A DNA stretch of 63,171 nucleotides, counting the filler, from Rhabdomonas costata (lineage: Eukaryota), in assembly GCA_019059605.1 (NCBI GenBank). It is 27 parts of 27 records of this genome, joined end to end, with 100 filler letters (N's around TTAATTAATTAA, not from the genome) between each part and the next. Parts side by side here need not be neighbours in the genome. Positions count along the whole stretch, not along the records: positions 58,592 to 60,830 come from JAHMHO010004598.1; positions 60,931 to 63,171 come from JAHMHO010004599.1; 25 more parts are not named here. One strand, 5' to 3'. Position numbers and translations under genes: made by a program. Shown here piece after piece: positions 58,987-63,171 of the stretch. How positions within the stretch are numbered: position 1 is the stretch's first letter; each line of letters opens with the position of its first letter. The notes beneath the pieces are model-generated. The model worked only from the letters and a program-made list of their open reading frames with translations. It ran no database searches and was not told the DNA's origin.

Positions 58987-60820
58987 AATGACCTGGAGGG
59001 TGCGCTGGTGCTGGCATGCCAGTGTAACATGTGGGAGCTTGCGCTTCTGCTTCTTCGGCGGGAAGGTCTTCGAGCCTCTCACCACCAACGCCCCCCCCCT
59101 TTTCTCTCTCACTTCTTGTTCTTGTTCTCCTTCCCTCCTCTATATCCCAACCTTCGTAATTCATGCGGGATCCTTTTTCTAACCGAGCATTATGGTGATT
59201 TAGAGGGGGTGCGGTGCTGCCATATATCTTCATGGTGCTACGCTCCTGCAATTCTCGCGTCATGGCGGGAAATCTTGAACTTTTCTCCCGCTGCGTGCCC
59301 TGATTTTGCGCCTGTCACACACTCGTCTGGGTGGGAGCGCGGATGCCCTCACCCAGTAAAGAAGCCAAAGAGCTCCTGAGTTGATGGGGTTATGCCTGAG
59401 CCAGCTGTATCGCCGGTCAAAAGCGTAGCAAACCAAAAACCAATAAAGCTGTGGATGTCAACGCCGTGGACAACAGCACCGGCCGTACCCCGCTCCATTA
59501 CAGCGTGCTGGCCCAGCACATGCCCGTCACCTCATACTTGGTCACCCACACCTCCTGCGAGGTGCCGTCTCTTCCCTCTCTCCGAGGGAGAATGTTTGAG
59601 TGTCACCTGCTTGCGCATTTTTCGGTAATGTTTGATGCGAGGGTGTTTTCTTAGAATGCTTTTTGTCCTGTGAAAGACTGAAAAATTAGATGGCCTGCTC
59701 CTTGCTCCCGAATCCCGCTTTCCCTTTTTTCGGCGCTGTTGTTCACAGCTCTGTGCGATGGATTACTACCGGTGCACCCCATTGATGTACGCCGTGCGTG
59801 TGGCAGACCCTGCTATCACAGCACTCCTGCTCTTCGCGGGAGGCTTAGGTCTTTTCTTTCCTCCCTTCTTTCCGCCACTAAGTATCCACCTAACCACCAG
59901 CGGATCGGCCACCAAAAACACTTTCATCCTCCGAGAAGCCTCAGAACCCGTGATATGAATCCAACAAATCCCCTCATTCCAGACCCAACCCGTACTAACC
60001 CCTAGTCAAAGTTTGGTTGCTCGCGGAGCAATTCAGCCCTAAATGATTTGTCGTTCCAAGCTCTGCACACCCACGTTCCCAACAATGGCTGGAGGGTTAC
60101 CAGTCATTGTATGTCCAAAACATCTCCACACACGCACGCATACTAAAAAGGATGGGCGCCTTCTCTGCCCCGCCGAGTGCACGCCTTGGTGCAGCAGAGT
60201 GAGCTCCTACGGAGCTCAGCGGCGAAGGGTGCAGCTCCTCTTTCCGTCGCACCCGTAGCGGATGCCCCCGCCTCCGCCTCCCCCGCCGTGGCGGGCACCA
60301 CTGCCCTCACTCCCGCTGATTCGTCCTCCGGGGGCGATGGAGCTTGCAACGAAGGTTGTCGCCTCCTCCAAACCCGTCTCTGTTGTTCCTGTCTCGCTTC
60401 CTCCAAACTTTGCTCATGCACCTAACGACGTCCTTTTTCTGTCCATCTTATGTGTCCGCATGCGATTCTCTGAACAAGCTCTCGAACAAGCTCTCTTTTC
60501 CAATCCCCTCATCATTCTTGCTCCGTTTTTTTGCCGCTGTTCTGTGTGGTAGAGGCTGGAGGACATTGTTGCCCTTCGGAACTTACATGTGACTGAGTCT
60601 CCTTCTCTTGGCTGCAGAAATGCCCTCCTTCCCTCATTGATGGTTTGCAATGCAGGCCGCTGTCACACTTTGCACAGGAAAAGGGATAGTCGGGGTGGTG
60701 GACACAGGAGCTGATGTTGATAACCAGCAGAGCAGCCCTGCTGAAGGCACCGATCCTGGGGCCTTGCCCCCGGCTGTCGGCCCCTCCACTCCGCCGCAGA
60801 GCGACCCACCAGAGCTGCGC
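58987..60820 (+). CDS. Ankyrin-repeat protein, partial. Exons 58987-59065, 59449-59561, 59749-59848, 60151-60354, 60678-~60820
   Basis: ALVLACQCNMWELALLLL, VDVNAVDNSTGRTPLHYSV, DYYRCTPLMYAV...ITALLL. Splice phases are compatible throughout. Confidence 0.82.
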
Positions 60821-63153
60821 ACCCACAACANNNNNNNNNNNNNNNNNNNNNNNNNNNNNNNNNNNNNNNNNNNNTTAATTAATTAANNNNNNNNNNNNNN
60901 NNNNNNNNNNNNNNNNNNNNNNNNNNNNNNGTGTTGTAATAAGTGGACGAGACCTCGCAGGAGGTTAGTTGGCAATGCACGTGTCCCCTAGGACAAGATA
61001 GAAGATGTCACGGAGGGTTACAGAGCGATGCACGTGACCTAACATCCATATTAGGGAGGGGCAACATCCGTCAGTGAATCCATACCTTGGGTCCGTAAAA
61101 TGCACCATAAATGGGGGGGGGGGTCCCAAAAATGAACTTGATAACGTGATAGGGGGTGGGGTCCCCAATATACACCAACACTTACCAGTAATGAAACCAT
61201 TCCATGCAGTGAGCATGGTTTGCGCGAGGTACATGACAGGACTAAACGCGACTGTCCACACGTCCCCGGCATCACGTGTCGTGTTGTGCAACAACAACAG
61301 TGCATTGCTCTGGACCTTACGCTAAACTGCCGGCAAGCCACAACACGCTTCCATGCGTCTGCGTATCCTTGCAGCTACATACGTGTATACATACATACAC
61401 ACATATCCTTACAGCCGCTCTCAACCTCACGGAACAAACACGCTCTCAAGCCCTAACACCCCACACCGCCGGGGAAGGCTTCCCACTGCGCCCCGCCAGA
61501 ACAGCGGAGGAGCTCAGCAGCTCCTCCAGAAGCGCATCCGACTTGCTCCGCGCCAAAGGCCGCCGCAAGCTCCGCCCACGCCGTAGCCGCGGCTGCTCCC
61601 CCCGTGAGTCGGTTGGAGACGACTCGCTCATCATTCCTTTTTCGCCTGCGAAGTTTTGCGCTGTGCTTCAAAGAGAAGGCTCCAAATTCTCCCGCGCGAC
61701 GGGCAGGGCCAGGTCAAGCCAGCCCAGATCACAGAATCATGGAGATGAAGTATGTGAAGGGATGTGTGCAATATCTCTCACCTCCATGTACGACGAATAA
61801 TCCTTGCCCCACGGAGTTTCGTTTTGGAAGCAATTTACCTTAGATAATGCCGATTCGGAAAATGTAGAAGATGGAAGGAGCCTTGTCCCCCCCCCCCGCT
61901 TCTTCCTCCAGCAGGACCACATCTATGTACAGTGGGAGTGCGAGTGGGCTGAAGCAGGGTTACAAGGTAACGGGGTAACAACTGTCCCTAGGTCAAAGAA
62001 GAAAAGTAGTGCAATATTTTGAGCGACAGTGCAAATTTTCATCCAGCAACACGTCCAAACTTGCTAAATATTTTTATTTCGATAAGTCAGGTGCCAACGC
62101 GTACAGGATTTCACAACAGTGCCTAGAACATTTTCACTCCCATATCACTCCCATCTGACAAGGTGAGTGGGTGTGGGTATAAACACGAGGCTGAGTGGTT
62201 TGGGTAGCCGCTGGCGATGCCCGAACCCAGCACGCAGAGACGCTCTGCGCACACGCGGGTAAAAAACAAAAGAAAGGGAAGGAGCTTCCCAGAGCACGGA
62301 AACAGAAGTGAAAAGAAAAGAGAAAAAAAGGACAAACTAGGCACCGTGCAAAGGTGCACACTCAGGTCGCCATGGGTTGGAGTGCCTTCCAAGAGTCCCC
62401 CACCCAACTCCAAGGGGGAGAAAAAAGAAAGAGAAGGCACGAACCTGCAAAAAAAAAAGGTCAGAGAACATTAGGTACTGCCTGGCTCTGATGCACGAGA
62501 CAGCAGATGGTAACTTTCAATGCTTGAAGTTTGAGAGCAGAGGCCAGAGCACAGGGCATCATTTGTCAGGCAGACGCTGCACCCGATGGGCGTCTTATTT
62601 CATCACTATCAGGAGCAGTGGCTCAAGACAGCATTGTAGCAATGCGTACACAACTTTTTTCGGGGTATTTATGGGGTCCATCGTTGAGGCGTTGACTCCC
62701 CTCCTTTTGTTTTTTCACTTCGACTGAACCGGTAGCAAGAAGAGAGTGGAAGTGAAGGGTGAACTCTGAGAAATGGTCTCACGCCTTGCTGGAGTGACCG
62801 GCGTTTCGACCCTGGCGGAATGGTTGGGCAGCAAGGCCGGAAGAGAGGGAGAGAGAGAGGAGAGCGAGAGCGAGAGCGAGAGCGAGTGATAGGCGCTGCT
62901 TCGGACGAGGCCACACTAGAACCACCCGTACTTGCGTGGAGTCTGTATGTTCTGAGAGCAGAGAGAAACTTGCCCAAAAACAAAAATATATGGCGTTACT
63001 TTAGAATTGTACCCACCTCTGTCTTCAGGTTCTTTTTTGAGATGCTTACGCTTTATGATCTTATGGAAATTGTTGGAGATGACAAGAAGCGAAGAAAATG
63101 GATGGAAAAGTACAAGATTATGTGTTTATTGGCTTCTTTGACGTTACCTTTGG

Positions 63154-63171
63154 GGGTTAGGGTTAGGGTTA
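63154..63171 (+). repeat. Telomere-type (TTAGGG)n repeat at fragment end
   Basis: GGGTTAGGGTTAGGGTTA runs to the last base with the G-rich strand pointing outward. Only three units are visible. Confidence 0.6.

Noticed and set aside
2244-60930. Regularly spaced identical TTAATTAATTAA motif resembling a repeat-spacer array or CRISPR
   Set aside because: It is embedded in N padding, palindromic with stops in six frames, and about 2.34 kb apart: a synthetic linker. No cas genes or short spacers are present.
1-63171. Operon- or cluster-like system linking NRPS, cysK, nucleotidase, cyclase and integrases
   Set aside because: Each lies on a separate, arbitrarily concatenated fragment, so adjacency carries no biological information.
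1-63171. Most of the several hundred ORF-track entries
   Set aside because: They use GTG/TTG starts, run through introns or N linkers, or are antisense shadows of GC-rich exons. Only phase-consistent spliced models were kept.

Overview
This window is not a contiguous locus. It is 27 unrelated fragments of 2239-2247 nt joined by an artificial 100-nt linker (44 N + TTAATTAATTAA + 44 N). Most fragments start with a G/T-only tail and end with an A/C-only tail, and five end in a fold-back inverted duplication. Both patterns point to whole-genome-amplified, probably single-cell, DNA. The DNA is eukaryotic and intron-rich, with short GC-rich exons and GT-AG introns, so most entries in the ORF track are spurious or partial. 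A kinetoplastid-type receptor adenylate cyclase motif, GTNYG-type splice donors, a VIPER/TATE-like element and a TTAGGG end suggest a euglenozoan, most likely a euglenid (inference). Spliced gene fragments reconstructed by hand include: two RRM proteins, a BMP-domain plus Cys-rich receptor ectodomain, a Fam20-like type II membrane protein, proteasome beta-5, an NRPS-like adenylation domain, a probably mitochondrial NYN-domain nuclease, a proteobacterial-type CysK, a receptor adenylate cyclase, an FN3-repeat protein, a CAX exchanger, a 5'-nucleotidase-like metallophosphoesterase, an ankyrin protein and a complete 227-aa orphan membrane protein. Mobile DNA comprises a decayed Ty3/gypsy integrase, a gag-tyrosine-recombinase retroelement, a 250-bp MITE with an 8-bp target-site duplication, and an AT-rich Polinton/virophage-like integrase remnant. 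I saw no rRNA, tRNA or CRISPR array. No multi-gene system can be claimed across linkers. The best novelty candidates are the YR retroelement, the viral-type integrase, the MITE, the NYN gene and the splice-site grammar. All family calls come from motif recognition by eye, not database searches.
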